A stretch of 46,955 nt of DNA from an uncultured Candidatus Saccharibacteria bacterium. GTDB lineage: Bacteria > Patescibacteriota > Minisyncoccia > Phycocordibacterales > UBA2100. The stretch lies in contig CAZUVH010000001.1 of the NCBI GenBank assembly GCA_964623775.1, forward strand, positions 106,790 through 153,744, in the 5' to 3' direction. The position numbers were made by a program, and so were the translations under genes. Within the stretch, counting starts at the first letter, position 1. Each line of letters opens with the position of its first letter. The notes beneath the pieces are model-generated. The model saw only the letters and a list, made by a program, of their open reading frames with translations, had not been told where the DNA came from and ran no database searches. Below, in pieces: positions 27,026-36,844 of the stretch.

Positions 27026-27421
27026 ATGAAATACCTTGGAATCGACTACGGCTCCACGCGCATCGGCCTCGCTGTATCCGATAGCGACGGGAAGATCGCG
27101 TTTCCACGCGGCGCGATCAAGAATGATACGCGCGCGATTTCTCATATTGAAAAACTCGTACAAGAAGAAAAAATCGAAAAGATCATCATCGGCGACACGC
27201 GCACGATTGGTGGTGCCGAAAACGCAATCACCGCACAAGCTGAAAAATTTGCTGCGACGCTCGAATCGACAACTTCGCTTCCGGTGACGCGGGCGTTTGA
27301 AGGATGGAGCTCGATCGAAGCGTCGCGCTACGCTCCAGAATCAGATTCTCACGAAGATTCAGCTGCGGCCGCCATCATTCTCCAGCGCTATCTGGAAATG
27401 AATGAGGGCAAGTTACAATAA
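27026..27421 (+). CDS. ruvX: RuvX/YqgF pre-16S rRNA nuclease
   Basis: YLGIDYGSTRIGLAVSD, DSAAAAIILQRYL. Confidence 0.92.
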   Translation: MKYLGIDYGSTRIGLAVSDSDGKIAFPRGAIKNDTRAISHIEKLVQEEKIEKIIIGDTRTIGGAENAITAQAEKFAATLESTTSLPVTRAFEGWSSIEASRYAPESDSHEDSAAAAIILQRYLEMNEGKLQ

Positions 27422-27425
27422 CCAT

Positions 27426-27755
27426 ATGCCAGAAATTTCATACGATGATTTCGCAAAGCTTGAAATACGGATCGGCACGGTCGTTGCGGCCGAGCTTGTG
27501 CCTGATACCGACAAACTGATCAAGTGCACGGTAGATTTTGGCGAGTTGGGTCAGCGCACGATCGTCTCGGGTATCGCGCTGTGGAAAAAGCCGGAAGAGC
27601 TCGTGGGGAAACAATTGCCATACATTGTAAATCTCGCACCACGTGTTTTGCGTGGTGTTGAGAGTCAAGGAATGCTGCTTGCAGCGAGCGATGAATCCGG
27701 CGTCGCACTCTTGAGCGCCGAGCGACCGCTTCCCCCAGGTACGAAACTCAAATAG
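27426..27755 (+). CDS. Stand-alone tRNA-binding OB-fold (MetRS C-terminal/Trbp111/CsaA-like)
   Basis: ISYDDFAKLEIRIG, RTIVSGIA, VNLAPR..RGVESQGMLLAA. Confidence 0.9.
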   Translation: MPEISYDDFAKLEIRIGTVVAAELVPDTDKLIKCTVDFGELGQRTIVSGIALWKKPEELVGKQLPYIVNLAPRVLRGVESQGMLLAASDESGVALLSAERPLPPGTKLK

Positions 27756-27783
27756 GGTACCGCGAGCGCGTTATACTGTATGC

Positions 27784-28905
27784 ATGGCTTCGAGCCCCAC
27801 ACGCCCGTTGCGTGCTCTTTCAGGTACATTGTCACGCACCTTTCCTACACCGGAATTGATACTGCCGCGATCGGTGGGTGTCGATATTTCTGATGCATCC
27901 ATCAAGTGGCTTGTCCTTGCCTCCGATGGTGATCGCCATCGTGTTGCTGCGTATGGTGATGAGCCGCTTTCTCCCGGCATTGTCGTCGAAGGAGTCATCA
28001 AAGATATTCCAAAGCTTGTCGACTCACTTCGCATATTGAAGAAAAAGTGGCACGGGATCGAGTGTGCGCACGCAGCTCTTCCTGAGGAGGCCGCATATGT
28101 ATTCAATATGTTTGTCCCGGAGGGCACGGGGCGAGAACAGACGCTTCGCATGATCGAATTCGATCTCGAGGGCCGCGTACCGATCCCGCCGAGCGCCGCC
28201 GTCTATGATTTCGACGTCATCCAAGAACGCGGCGAAGCCGGGATGGAGATTGGCGTCTTTGTATTTCCAAGCGAGCTTGCCGAGAGCTACGTCGAGGCGT
28301 TTAGGGCAGCAGATATAACGCTCCTTTCACTCGAAATCGAAGCGAGATCAATTTCGCGCGCAGTCACATGCACAGTGGAGGATCCCGTCACTATGATCGT
28401 CGATTTTGGTCGTGCACGCACGGGGATAGCCGTTGTAAAACACGGCATTCCCATTTTCACCACAACTGTCGGCGTAGGAGGCGACGCGATCACCAAGGCG
28501 GTGGAAGAGAGTCTGGGACAGACGCCCGAGGCAGCCACCATATTTAAAAACGACAGAGGGCTCTTTGCCGAAGATGAACTAAAACCCGAGGCTGCCAAGC
28601 AAATGACCGGCGCAGCCGCCGCGCTCGCAGACGAAGTAGCGAGACACTTTCATTATTGGGATACGCGTCGCGACGAGAAGGATGTGCGCACCACGCCCGT
28701 CGAACGCGTCATACTGACGGGCGGTAGTGCCAATCTAAAAGGCCTCGACGATTTCATTGCAGGTAAGGTGCAAGCCGAGACCGTGCGCGGAAATATTTGG
28801 AGGCACGTCAACAATTTCGACGATTACATTCCGCCGATTGATTTGCGCACTTCGATGCAATACGCGACCGCTGTGGGCCTCGCACTGCGAGCAATATCCA
28901 TATGA
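27784..28905 (+). CDS. pilM: Type IV pilus assembly protein PilM
   Basis: VGVDISDASIKW, IVDFGRART, ILTGGSANLKGL, TAVGLALR actin-like fold motifs. Confidence 0.88.
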   Translation: MASSPTRPLRALSGTLSRTFPTPELILPRSVGVDISDASIKWLVLASDGDRHRVAAYGDEPLSPGIVVEGVIKDIPKLVDSLRILKKKWHGIECAHAALPEEAAYVFNMFVPEGTGREQTLRMIEFDLEGRVPIPPSAAVYDFDVIQERGEAGMEIGVFVFPSELAESYVEAFRAADITLLSLEIEARSISRAVTCTVEDPVTMIVDFGRARTGIAVVKHGIPIFTTTVGVGGDAITKAVEESLGQTPEAATIFKNDRGLFAEDELKPEAAKQMTGAAAALADEVARHFHYWDTRRDEKDVRTTPVERVILTGGSANLKGLDDFIAGKVQAETVRGNIWRHVNNFDDYIPPIDLRTSMQYATAVGLALRAISI

Positions 28906-29423
28906 GTAATGTACTCCCCGTAAAAGAGCAAAAGCGCGTGTGGGCCTCCTACCGGCAGCGGTTCATTGCGCTCGCCTCACGAACACTCTCCGTGCTCGCT
29001 CTGATCGTGCTTGCGACGCTTGCGCCATCGTACATTCTCCTCATGCTCAACCAGCCGCAGTCTCCCGTCGTGAAATCGCAGAGTGCCGAAGCAGACGAGC
29101 GCGCAGAAGCGACAAAGACGCAGACGCTCATCGCATCACTTCTCCCTACTGTTGTCGCCACATCCTCTGCTATGGAAATCATTTCAAGAACACTTGAGGG
29201 GAGGCCCGACGGAATTTCGATCAACAGAATCACGTACAGCGCGGGAGACGGAAAACAAAAAACGATCGTGATAGGAGGGGTCGCACAATCCCGAGAAAGC
29301 ATCAACGCCCTGCGCAAAGGACTCGAAGCGAAGGGGATTTACAAGAGTGTCTCAGTGCCGGTCGGTGATTTGATCGGGGCGACGGGGAATCAATTTACAG
29401 TGACGCTGGTCACCAATCCTTAA
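28902..29423 (+). CDS. PilN-like protein
   Basis: N-terminal NVLP motif, single TM, IVIGGVAQSRESI; overlaps the pilM stop codon. Confidence 0.7.
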   Translation: MSNVLPVKEQKRVWASYRQRFIALASRTLSVLALIVLATLAPSYILLMLNQPQSPVVKSQSAEADERAEATKTQTLIASLLPTVVATSSAMEIISRTLEGRPDGISINRITYSAGDGKQKTIVIGGVAQSRESINALRKGLEAKGIYKSVSVPVGDLIGATGNQFTVTLVTNP

Positions 29424-29425
29424 AC

Positions 29426-29956
29426 ATGAAAACACTCACACCACTTCGAGGTTGGCTTGCGCTTGTCGTCGCTCTCGTATTGTGGGCGATTGCGATATAC
29501 ATCGTTCAGAGTATTGAGCAGCAAAAAAACAACTATGCGGTGCTCGTCTCGGAGATTGAAAAAGAAGCACAGCTCATGGCGCAGGCCACGCGATTGCACG
29601 GGCTGATGAATGACACTAAAAATCCACGCACCGCCCTCAAAGGTTTCGTTTCGGCGGATGTCATCGGGCTTGTTGATGCCGTTGATGCGGTCGGCAAGAC
29701 GATCGGCGTCGATCTGCGGATCAGCAACGTGCAGCCGGAAGCACAAAAAAAGGGAGCACAACCGGGCGCTCCCATACCGGTCAATTTTGTCGTCCAGGCG
29801 AGTGGATCATTTGCTCAAATGGCGAGGCTCGTAGAACTACTGAATACACTTCCAATTCCCGGAACGATTCAACAGCTTGAATTTACGCATCCGGGACAGA
29901 ACTGGAATCTCACTGCGCGTATCCGGGTATTAACAGCGTCAGAAATATCATCATGA
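29426..29956 (+). CDS. PilO-like protein
   Basis: TM, coiled coil, ASGSFAQMARLVELLNTLP; position after pilM and pilN. Confidence 0.65.
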   Translation: MKTLTPLRGWLALVVALVLWAIAIYIVQSIEQQKNNYAVLVSEIEKEAQLMAQATRLHGLMNDTKNPRTALKGFVSADVIGLVDAVDAVGKTIGVDLRISNVQPEAQKKGAQPGAPIPVNFVVQASGSFAQMARLVELLNTLPIPGTIQQLEFTHPGQNWNLTARIRVLTASEISS

Positions 29957-30306
29957 GCTTGGTAGGCAAAATACGGGTAATCGAAGCGTATAAAAATAAG
30001 CGAGAGCCTGAAAGCGTCCACATTCTCGCAGACTTTTTTTGGCACGGCATCCTCATTTTGTCGATAACAGGTGCCATTGCGGCACTTGCATTTAACTTTT
30101 GGGAATTCACCGATGTGAATCGCGCACTTTCCGTACAACCTGCCGGCACATCTGCTGAGGGAGAGAAACTTCCGTTCGATAAAAAAGAATTGCAAACGGT
30201 CGTTGAGGGATTTGAGGCACGAAAGGCAAGGTACGAACAATTCTCGAAACAGACTCCGAGCATTGTCGATCCGTATGTGATGACAAAAGCAAAATCGGCT
30301 CGTTGA
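29953..30306 (+). CDS. Hypothetical single-TM protein of the pilMNO operon
   Basis: Overlapping start, one TM segment. Confidence 0.6.
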   Translation: MSLVGKIRVIEAYKNKREPESVHILADFFWHGILILSITGAIAALAFNFWEFTDVNRALSVQPAGTSAEGEKLPFDKKELQTVVEGFEARKARYEQFSKQTPSIVDPYVMTKAKSAR

Positions 30307-30341
30307 CCCGTCACCTAATGACGGCTAGGATTCAGCTAATC

Positions 30342-30413
30342 GCTCCTGTAGTTCAATGGATAGAACAGGGCTCTTCTAAGGCCTTGATGTAGGTTCGATT
30401 CCTACCGGGAGCA
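30342..30413 (+). tRNA. tRNA-Arg(UCU)
   Basis: GCTCCTG/CGGGAGC acceptor, loop CTTCTAA, GGTTCGATTCC. Confidence 0.95.
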
Positions 30414-30440
30414 CAAATAGCATGTTATAAAGTGGCACAA

Positions 30441-30513
30441 GGGCGATTAGCTCAGTTGGTAGAGCAATCCGTTTACACCGGAAAGGTCACAGGTTCGAGT
30501 CCTGTATCGCCCA
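30441..30513 (+). tRNA. tRNA-Val(UAC)
   Basis: GGGCGAT/ATCGCCC acceptor, loop TTTACAC, GGTTCGAGTCC. Confidence 0.95.
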
Positions 30514-30564
30514 CCGAAAAAGTTGTAATCTCGGAAATCCGGTGGTATAGTGCCGCCACAACCT

Positions 30565-31005
30565 ATGGCCATCACACATTCACCAGTCAATATGGAGGAG
30601 CGCAAAAATCTCGACCTTCGGGTAGGGGATACCGTAAAAGTGCACCAGAAAATCGAGGAAAAGGGTAAGTACCGCATCCAGCTTTTCGAGGGTCTCGTAT
30701 TGGCCCGTAAGCACGGTACCGAGGCAGGGGCCACCTTTACTGTCCGCCGCGTCGCTTCGGGCGTCGGTGTCGAGAAGGTCTTCCCGCTCTACTCTCCTAT
30801 GATCGACAAAATCGAGATCACCAAGCGATCCCGCGTACGCCGCGCCAAGCTCTACTTCATCCGCGAGAAAGTGGCCCGCGAAGCTCGCCGCCAACTCCGC
30901 CGCACCCGCATGATGGGTGGGGGAATGACCGAAGAATCCCGCCTCGAAGCAGAGGCTGAGGCCGACATAAAGGCCAAAGAGGAGCCGGTCGTGGCAGCAG
31001 AATAG
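30565..31005 (+). CDS. rplS: 50S ribosomal protein L19
   Basis: GDTVKVH...RIQLFEG...FTVRRVASGVGVEKVFPLYSP...VRRAKLYFIR. Confidence 0.97.
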   Translation: MAITHSPVNMEERKNLDLRVGDTVKVHQKIEEKGKYRIQLFEGLVLARKHGTEAGATFTVRRVASGVGVEKVFPLYSPMIDKIEITKRSRVRRAKLYFIREKVAREARRQLRRTRMMGGGMTEESRLEAEAEADIKAKEEPVVAAE

Positions 31006-31020
31006 ATAAAACAATAAAAA

Positions 31021-31050
31021 ACAAAAGTCCCCGAAAGGGGATTTTTGTTT
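31021..31050. terminator. Bidirectional intrinsic terminator after rplS
   Basis: acaaaagtcccc-gaaa-ggggatttttgt. Confidence 0.75.
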
Positions 31051-31054
31051 ATTG

Positions 31055-31372
31055 CTAACTTCTCCGGCTCCAAGGGCTGCCTGGAGTATTAAGTTCTTCC
31101 GAAAGTTTCTTCATACTTTTTGATACTATTGCACCGTCAGAACGTCGGAGTACGGCGATATCTCTGTCCGGGAAGATGTCTCCAATATGCCACTGTGCGT
31201 CTGGATCATCTCTTTGTGTAAGTCTCATGTCGACATAAAGCTCTTTAATTTCCCCCGCCGATTTTTCTACTGCTCCTCGCTGCATATCAAGAGATTTACC
31301 CAACAGGCGGGAAGCCTTTTCATCCTCAGGTTTTTTACCAAGTAGTCTGCTCTGCTTCTTTTCCATACTCAT
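31055..31372 (-). CDS. Small hypothetical protein
   Basis: 105-aa ORF with an internal SRLLGK duplication. Confidence 0.5.
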   Translation of the reverse strand: MSMEKKQSRLLGKKPEDEKASRLLGKSLDMQRGAVEKSAGEIKELYVDMRLTQRDDPDAQWHIGDIFPDRDIAVLRRSDGAIVSKSMKKLSEELNTPGSPWSRRS

Positions 31373-31389
31373 AACAAATAGACTACCAT

Positions 31390-31564
31390 GTGCGCAGGAG
31401 AAGCTCGGCCAAGAGCTCGTTTTGATTCCGTCGAATCAAAACTCCTCTCGGCCCTGCTCGTGTCGTCCCGCCTACTGGCGGGTCCCGCGACACTCGCTTT
31501 CTCGTCCTCTCTCGCACTACAAAAAGCAAATCGCCCGACACGTGGTCGGGCTCATTGCTTTTAG
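31390..31564 (-). repeat. Structured mini-element at the tRNA-Leu 3' end, bounded by a 12-bp duplication of the tRNA end
   Basis: gtgcgcaggaga at 31390-31401 and 31564-31575; multiple hairpins. Confidence 0.65.
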
Positions 31565-31649
31565 TGCGCAGGAGAGGACTCGAACCTCCATGCCCTTAAC
31601 GGGCGCTACCACCTCAAGGTAGTACGTCTACCAATTTCGCCACCTGCGC
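31565..31649 (-). tRNA. tRNA-Leu(GAG)
   Basis: GCGCAGG/CCTGCGC acceptor, CTACC-TTGAGGT-GGTAG anticodon arm, long variable arm. Confidence 0.95.
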
Positions 31650-31756
31650 AGCGCTCTCATATTACTTCGACATTGGGCAAAAGAAAAGCGGCTATTTTAT
31701 ACAGCAAGATATACACAAAACGCGCCCCGGGGTGGGGCGCGTAGAGATTTTAGAGA

Positions 31757-32938
31757 TCAGATTTTCTTGAGTGCTTGTTCGAGGTCACAAATGAGATCTT
31801 CGGGGTCCTCGCGTCCGATCGAGAGGCGAAGCATGCTTTGCGAGATGCCCGCACGTGCCAATTCCTCCTCGGAAAGCTGACCGTGAGTGGTCGTCGCAGG
31901 ATGGATCACGAGCGAGCGTGATTCGCCAATATTTGGCGCATGCCAGAAAAGTTCAAGTGCCTGGAGAACTTTCTTCGCTTTTTTCTGCTTACCGCGTACC
32001 TCGAATGCGAGGAGGCCACCAAAGCCGTGTGGCATGAGCGAATGATTTTTTTTCGCATTTGGGCCAAACGCCGGGTAGAACACTCGCCGCACTTTTTCGT
32101 GTCGCGACAAGAACTTACTGACGAAGAGCGCATTTGCGCAATGTTCTCGCATTCTCCCGTCGAGCGACTCGATGTGATAACACATAATGATCGCGTTGTC
32201 GGGGGAGAGGCACGGGCCTGTATCGCGAAACCACGAAAAGCGGATCGCATCCATGACCTCTTGTTTGCCGATGATCGCGCCACCGATCACCTCTCCATCG
32301 CCCATGTATTTCGAGAGCGAGTGCACGACGATATCAGCACCCTGTGTAAGCGGTCGTGCGAGCACGGGGGTGGCGAGGGTGCTATCGACCGCAAGCGGCA
32401 GGCCGTGTACGTGCGCGAGACTCGAGAGTGCGGCGACATCAAACACATCAATGACGGGATTCGACGGCGTCTCGACGTACATGAGTTTGGTTTCCGGCAG
32501 GATGGCCTTTTCCCAGGCGCTCATGTCGGATGGATTGTCGATCAGGGTCACCGAAATACCGAGACGCGGCAGCTCCTCGCTGAATAGATGAAAGACGCCA
32601 CCATAGAGTCGATTCGATGCGACGATATGGCCGCCTGAATGAGCGAAATGGAGCGCGAGAAGTGTGATCGCCGACATCCCGGATGACGTTGCAAGACACG
32701 CCTCGCCCTTCTCGAGTGCCGCGAGGCGTTTCTCGAGGGCGTCCACGCTCGGGTTGCCGATACGCGTGTACATATATCCGCGCGTCTCTCCGGCAAAAAG
32801 TTTGCGTCCGTTTTCAAACGAACCAAGCGGAAAGGCCGCCGTACGATGGAGACCTGGCCGCATACTGGATTCTTCGGTCTTCGTGCCCGCGTGTATCTCG
32901 AGCGTCTTTTGATGCAAGTGCCGATCCTTGGAACTCAT
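31757..32938 (-). CDS. PLP-dependent Cys/Met metabolism enzyme (methionine gamma-lyase / homoserine sulfhydrylase family)
   Basis: YTRIGNP, SSGMSAI, ETPSNP, VDST, HSLSKY (PLP Lys), HPATTTH, LRLSIG.E; SD before ATG 32938. Confidence 0.9.
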   Translation of the reverse strand: MSSKDRHLHQKTLEIHAGTKTEESSMRPGLHRTAAFPLGSFENGRKLFAGETRGYMYTRIGNPSVDALEKRLAALEKGEACLATSSGMSAITLLALHFAHSGGHIVASNRLYGGVFHLFSEELPRLGISVTLIDNPSDMSAWEKAILPETKLMYVETPSNPVIDVFDVAALSSLAHVHGLPLAVDSTLATPVLARPLTQGADIVVHSLSKYMGDGEVIGGAIIGKQEVMDAIRFSWFRDTGPCLSPDNAIIMCYHIESLDGRMREHCANALFVSKFLSRHEKVRRVFYPAFGPNAKKNHSLMPHGFGGLLAFEVRGKQKKAKKVLQALELFWHAPNIGESRSLVIHPATTTHGQLSEEELARAGISQSMLRLSIGREDPEDLICDLEQALKKI

Positions 32939-33024
32939 GGGTTCACCTCTCTTTTCTAGCGCACTTATACCACGCCGCTCTTTCGGGGGCGAGTGATATA
33001 TTAAATACATACCGTTCTTTTGTT

Positions 33025-33588
33025 ATGACCGCTTTTTTTACAGGGAAGGGGGATCAGGGCACGACCAAGCTCTTCGACACGCCCTCTGGCGTACGGATTA
33101 CAAAGTCGTCACCAATTTTTGAGTGTCTTGGGCAGCTTGATGAATTAAATACAGTCGTCGGGTGGTGCAAGGTGGCATGCCCCAAGGACTTTCAAGTGGA
33201 AGGACGAGGGGGAGCTGAGCTTCTTCACGAGGTACAAGATTTCCTCTTCACGATCCAAGCAGAAGCGGCCGGCGCTCCAAAATCAATACCGAAAGAAGCG
33301 ATCGAGACTCTCTCTGCACTCATCAAATCGATTGAGGCATCGTTGCCCGAAGTAAAATCATTCCTCGTCCCCGGCGGCACGGAATTTTCCGCACGTCTCG
33401 ATATTGCGCGCGCCATCTCGCGCCGCGCGGAGCGCCGCTTGGTCACCGTGCATGAATCAGGCGAGCGAGCGATCAGCGAGACGTCGCGAGCGTACGCCAA
33501 TCGTCTCTCGTCACTCTTTTATGCGCTGACACGTCTCGCAAATCATCAGGCAGGGATTTCCGAGAAACCGCCACAATATAAATCATGA
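33025..33588 (+). CDS. PduO-type ATP:cob(I)alamin adenosyltransferase
   Basis: FTGKGDQGTT, GQLDELN, ARAISRRAER, NRLSSLFY; start moved to ATG 33025. Confidence 0.88.
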   Translation: MTAFFTGKGDQGTTKLFDTPSGVRITKSSPIFECLGQLDELNTVVGWCKVACPKDFQVEGRGGAELLHEVQDFLFTIQAEAAGAPKSIPKEAIETLSALIKSIEASLPEVKSFLVPGGTEFSARLDIARAISRRAERRLVTVHESGERAISETSRAYANRLSSLFYALTRLANHQAGISEKPPQYKS

Positions 33589-34685
33589 TACGAAGATATT
33601 TACCAAAAAGTGTTGAAGATCTCGTCTGGTGGTACGAGCGCTACATCTCGCCGCTCGCGCTCGTCGCCGGATTCCTCATAGACCACCTCATTCTCCTGCG
33701 CCGCATCGACGTGCTGCAGACATACTTCATATTTTTCTTCTACCTCATAGTCGCTGGTACAGGAATAATCTTGCTCAACATGATCGAGACGGGGAAGATT
33801 AAGCGGCCGTGGGTTATGAGTATCGCGCCGCTCATCCCGGTTGCTGTGCAGTTTTCTTTCGGAGGGCTCTTCAGCGGATTTCTTTCGCTCTACAGCAAGA
33901 GCGCCGCATTCGCGACGAGCTGGATTTTCGTGGTTGTCGTAGCGGCGCTGCTGATCGGCAATGAGCGCTTTACACGCCTCTATGTACGATTCACGTTCCA
34001 AATCAGTGTGTATTTCGCGGTACTCTTTTCTTTCTTCATTTTTTTCCTGCCAGTCGTCTTTCATCAGATTGGTCCCTGGATGTTTCTCTTCAGCGGCATC
34101 GTGAGCGTCGTATGTATTTCAATATTCTTCTCGATTCTCACGTGGGTCGCGCCGGAGAGAGTGCGTCAAAACTGGACCTCCGCAGTGCGCGCGGTCGCAG
34201 CGATCGCCGTAGTGTTTAACATCCTCTATTTTACGAATGCAATTCCACCGCTTCCGCTTGCGCTTCGCGATGCGGGCGTATACCACTCGATCTCACGTAC
34301 GCAAGAAGGATATGAGCTCACGTACGAGCCGCTCCTGTGGTGGGAGCAGTATCTCCGCTACAACACCGTGTTCCATCAGACGCCGGGCGAACCCATTTAT
34401 GTGTGGAGTGCGATTTTCGCACCGACAAATCTCACCACGACTATTTTGCACGAGTGGCAAAAGTATGACGAGACTGAAGGGAAGTGGGTGATCACCAACT
34501 CATTCTCGTACCCGATCGTCGGTGGGCGCGACGGGGGGTATCGCGGGTATTCGGTAAAGGGCGACGTGACGCCCGGTGAGTGGCGCGTACGGGTCCTCAC
34601 GCGCTATGGCCAGGTCATCGGCCAGGTATCATTTACCGTCGTGCGGAGCGAGACGGCGCCGGAGCTTTCGACGAAAATACAGTAA
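33585..34685 (+). CDS. DUF2914-like multi-TM protein
   Basis: About 7 TM segments, IPPLPL, C-terminal GGRDGGYRGYS.K...GEWRVRV domain. Confidence 0.75.
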   Translation: MIRRYLPKSVEDLVWWYERYISPLALVAGFLIDHLILLRRIDVLQTYFIFFFYLIVAGTGIILLNMIETGKIKRPWVMSIAPLIPVAVQFSFGGLFSGFLSLYSKSAAFATSWIFVVVVAALLIGNERFTRLYVRFTFQISVYFAVLFSFFIFFLPVVFHQIGPWMFLFSGIVSVVCISIFFSILTWVAPERVRQNWTSAVRAVAAIAVVFNILYFTNAIPPLPLALRDAGVYHSISRTQEGYELTYEPLLWWEQYLRYNTVFHQTPGEPIYVWSAIFAPTNLTTTILHEWQKYDETEGKWVITNSFSYPIVGGRDGGYRGYSVKGDVTPGEWRVRVLTRYGQVIGQVSFTVVRSETAPELSTKIQ

Positions 34686-34737
34686 TGCGGGTCGCATCGA
34701 TGATGGTAATCTGGTATAACGTGCGTGTTCGGCAGAT

Positions 34738-34813
34738 GGCGATTATGGTGTAACGGTTAACACTGGAGCTTGTGGAGCTCTCAATCCGGGTTCGATTCCC
34801 GGTAATCGCCCCA
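34738..34813 (+). tRNA. tRNA-His(GUG)
   Basis: Encoded G-1, GCGATTA/TAATCGC acceptor, loop TTGTGGA, C73, CCA. Confidence 0.95.
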
Positions 34814-34853
34814 GATCTAAAAAGAAACCCCGCACGTACGCGGGGCGGGAGAG

Positions 34854-35540
34854 TTATGAGGAGAGACGTTCGATGGAGCGTCGGAGATTTTCGCGTGCCC
34901 TCAGCTCGAATTTTCTGAAGTAATGATCAGTGTAGAAAATCCGATCACGCGCGAGGAAGGGCTTGAGGACGAGTTCGACCCGGCCTTTTTTGTATGCATC
35001 AAGCGAATAAGGGCGAGGTGTGTACTCCTCGGCGATCTGCGCCTCATATCGTTCGAAGGCCAGAGTGTCTCTACCGAGAATCGACAGGTCAATATCGACG
35101 AGCAGCCTCTCGTCGGGGTCGATCGGCTCACTCGCATGTTTCGTGGCAAGGATAAGTTTCCGCACCTTTTCCTTGAGCCTGTAGCAGCTATCGAGCCAGC
35201 CGAACACATACGTATCAAGGTGGCCAAACATCTTGTGAATATATGCAACCGCCACATCCGCGCTTTGCTCCTCGTTGTCTTTTGCACGCGGGTCGTAGCA
35301 TTTGTACACAATGTCGTGGAACCAAATGGCGAATTCGATCGCATCTGGGTCCTGTGCCATGTGCCTCACAGTATCGAATTCATCGAGAAGAGCCTCAATG
35401 TGTTCGAGTGTGTGATAGAAGCGCCATGCTTCCGTATAGTCGTGCTCGATCTTTTCCCAGACACTCTCGGCGATGGGGGACCATGCGCCATGTCGTACAC
35501 ACAGTGCGAGCCAACGGGCGCGCATTTTCTGGATATTCAT
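34854..35540 (-). CDS. HD-superfamily metal-dependent phosphohydrolase (COG4339-like)
   Basis: RFYHTLEHI, AIWFHDIVY, DNEEQSA, ILATKH, DIDLSILG. Confidence 0.88.
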   Translation of the reverse strand: MNIQKMRARWLALCVRHGAWSPIAESVWEKIEHDYTEAWRFYHTLEHIEALLDEFDTVRHMAQDPDAIEFAIWFHDIVYKCYDPRAKDNEEQSADVAVAYIHKMFGHLDTYVFGWLDSCYRLKEKVRKLILATKHASEPIDPDERLLVDIDLSILGRDTLAFERYEAQIAEEYTPRPYSLDAYKKGRVELVLKPFLARDRIFYTDHYFRKFELRARENLRRSIERLSS

Positions 35541-35629
35541 CTGCAATCTCCTGTTTCAAGGTTCAACTTTCGACAGAATATTCTTTTGCTTAGATATTGT
35601 ATATAATGTATAATAATCACTATACAAAT

Positions 35630-36394
35630 ATGCCCAATCCCCGTACGCTCCTCAGGGAAATCGGTCTAACGCAATCTGAAATAGATGTGTATCTTGCGAT
35701 GCGGGAAGGTGTTGTCCGTGTCGCGGACATTATAAAAGTCACCAGTCGTAAGCGACCGACGATCTACTACGCGCTTGCCTGCCTTGAAAAACGCGGCCTG
35801 GTGAGTAAGACAGGCAAAAGCACCGAAGCGTACCAGGCGGAGCCCGCGAGTCGACTTGTTACGATTGTGCAGGAGAAAAAGAAAGAAGCCGATGCCTTGA
35901 TGGCCGATGTCGTGGAGCTGGCCGCGCATCTTGATACAAAAAAGGGCTCCCGCAGAGAAAAACCCTCAGTCGCCTTCTTTGAGGGGGAGGACGCGATCAA
36001 GCATGTCATTATGGAGACGCTCTATTGTCGCGACAAGCACATCGATGTTGTGGCTCCCCATGATAATTTTTTTCAGCAGATTGGCCGTGATTTTGTCGCA
36101 AAATATATTAGTACCCGCGCCAAGCGCGGCATTCGTACCCGGAGTCTCTGGGAGGGACGTGTCGATAAAAAAACACTCAAACGATACTACGAGGGACACT
36201 CTGAGATTCGTATTCTTCCCGAGGTAATGCATGGGAAATTTGCCGGCACGGTATTTCTGTACGATGACAAAACACTATGCATCTCGTCGCTCAAGAACGG
36301 CTATTGTCTTCTTGTAAAATCGCAAGAACATCATGACACAATGAAAGCGTGGTTTGACGGGCTTTGGGGAACCTCAAAGGCTCACAAGGTATAA
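35630..36394 (+). CDS. TrmB-family HTH transcriptional regulator
   Basis: IGLTQSEIDVYLAM...KRPTIYYALACLEKRGLV; PSVAFFEG C-terminal domain; paralog of 5721-6473. Confidence 0.85.
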   Translation: MPNPRTLLREIGLTQSEIDVYLAMREGVVRVADIIKVTSRKRPTIYYALACLEKRGLVSKTGKSTEAYQAEPASRLVTIVQEKKKEADALMADVVELAAHLDTKKGSRREKPSVAFFEGEDAIKHVIMETLYCRDKHIDVVAPHDNFFQQIGRDFVAKYISTRAKRGIRTRSLWEGRVDKKTLKRYYEGHSEIRILPEVMHGKFAGTVFLYDDKTLCISSLKNGYCLLVKSQEHHDTMKAWFDGLWGTSKAHKV

Positions 36395-36433
36395 AAAGAA
36401 AACTCAGCAAGGGGGCTTGCTGAGTTTGTCGCC

Positions 36434-36760
36434 CTACTTGGGCGCATAATCTTCCCATCGAGGAATACCGAGCCATCGTGCGCGCCGACTCCAGAAGGGT
36501 CCACCAAAATAGAGGTAGATTGTCCCACTCCAGGTCTTGTACCACTCGTTACAGTCCTTGTTGAACTTCTCACGGGCCTTACGTTCGGGCTCTTTCGAGT
36601 GCCAGAGAGCGCGTAATTCTTCGAATGTGTGTCCGCTCGCACACAAAGCTGCATAACAGCTCGCACATTTCTCCAGATGAGCGGCCTCCTCATCTGGCAG
36701 ACCATCCCTGATATACAAGTAGATTGACGGGATGAAATCGTAGCATTCTTGCTGCATCAT
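36434..36760 (-). CDS. Small protein with a zf-HC2/ZAS-like motif
   Basis: C...YIRDGL...HLEKCASC; AAAGGA SD before ATG 36760. Confidence 0.55.
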   Translation of the reverse strand: MMQQECYDFIPSIYLYIRDGLPDEEAAHLEKCASCYAALCASGHTFEELRALWHSKEPERKAREKFNKDCNEWYKTWSGTIYLYFGGPFWSRRARWLGIPRWEDYAPK

Positions 36761-36844
36761 GGGGGATTCCTTTCTGCCGAATGTATACAACATTCTTATT
36801 GCATTGCAAAATCCGACACCAGCTATCCGCCGCAGACGGGGAAA

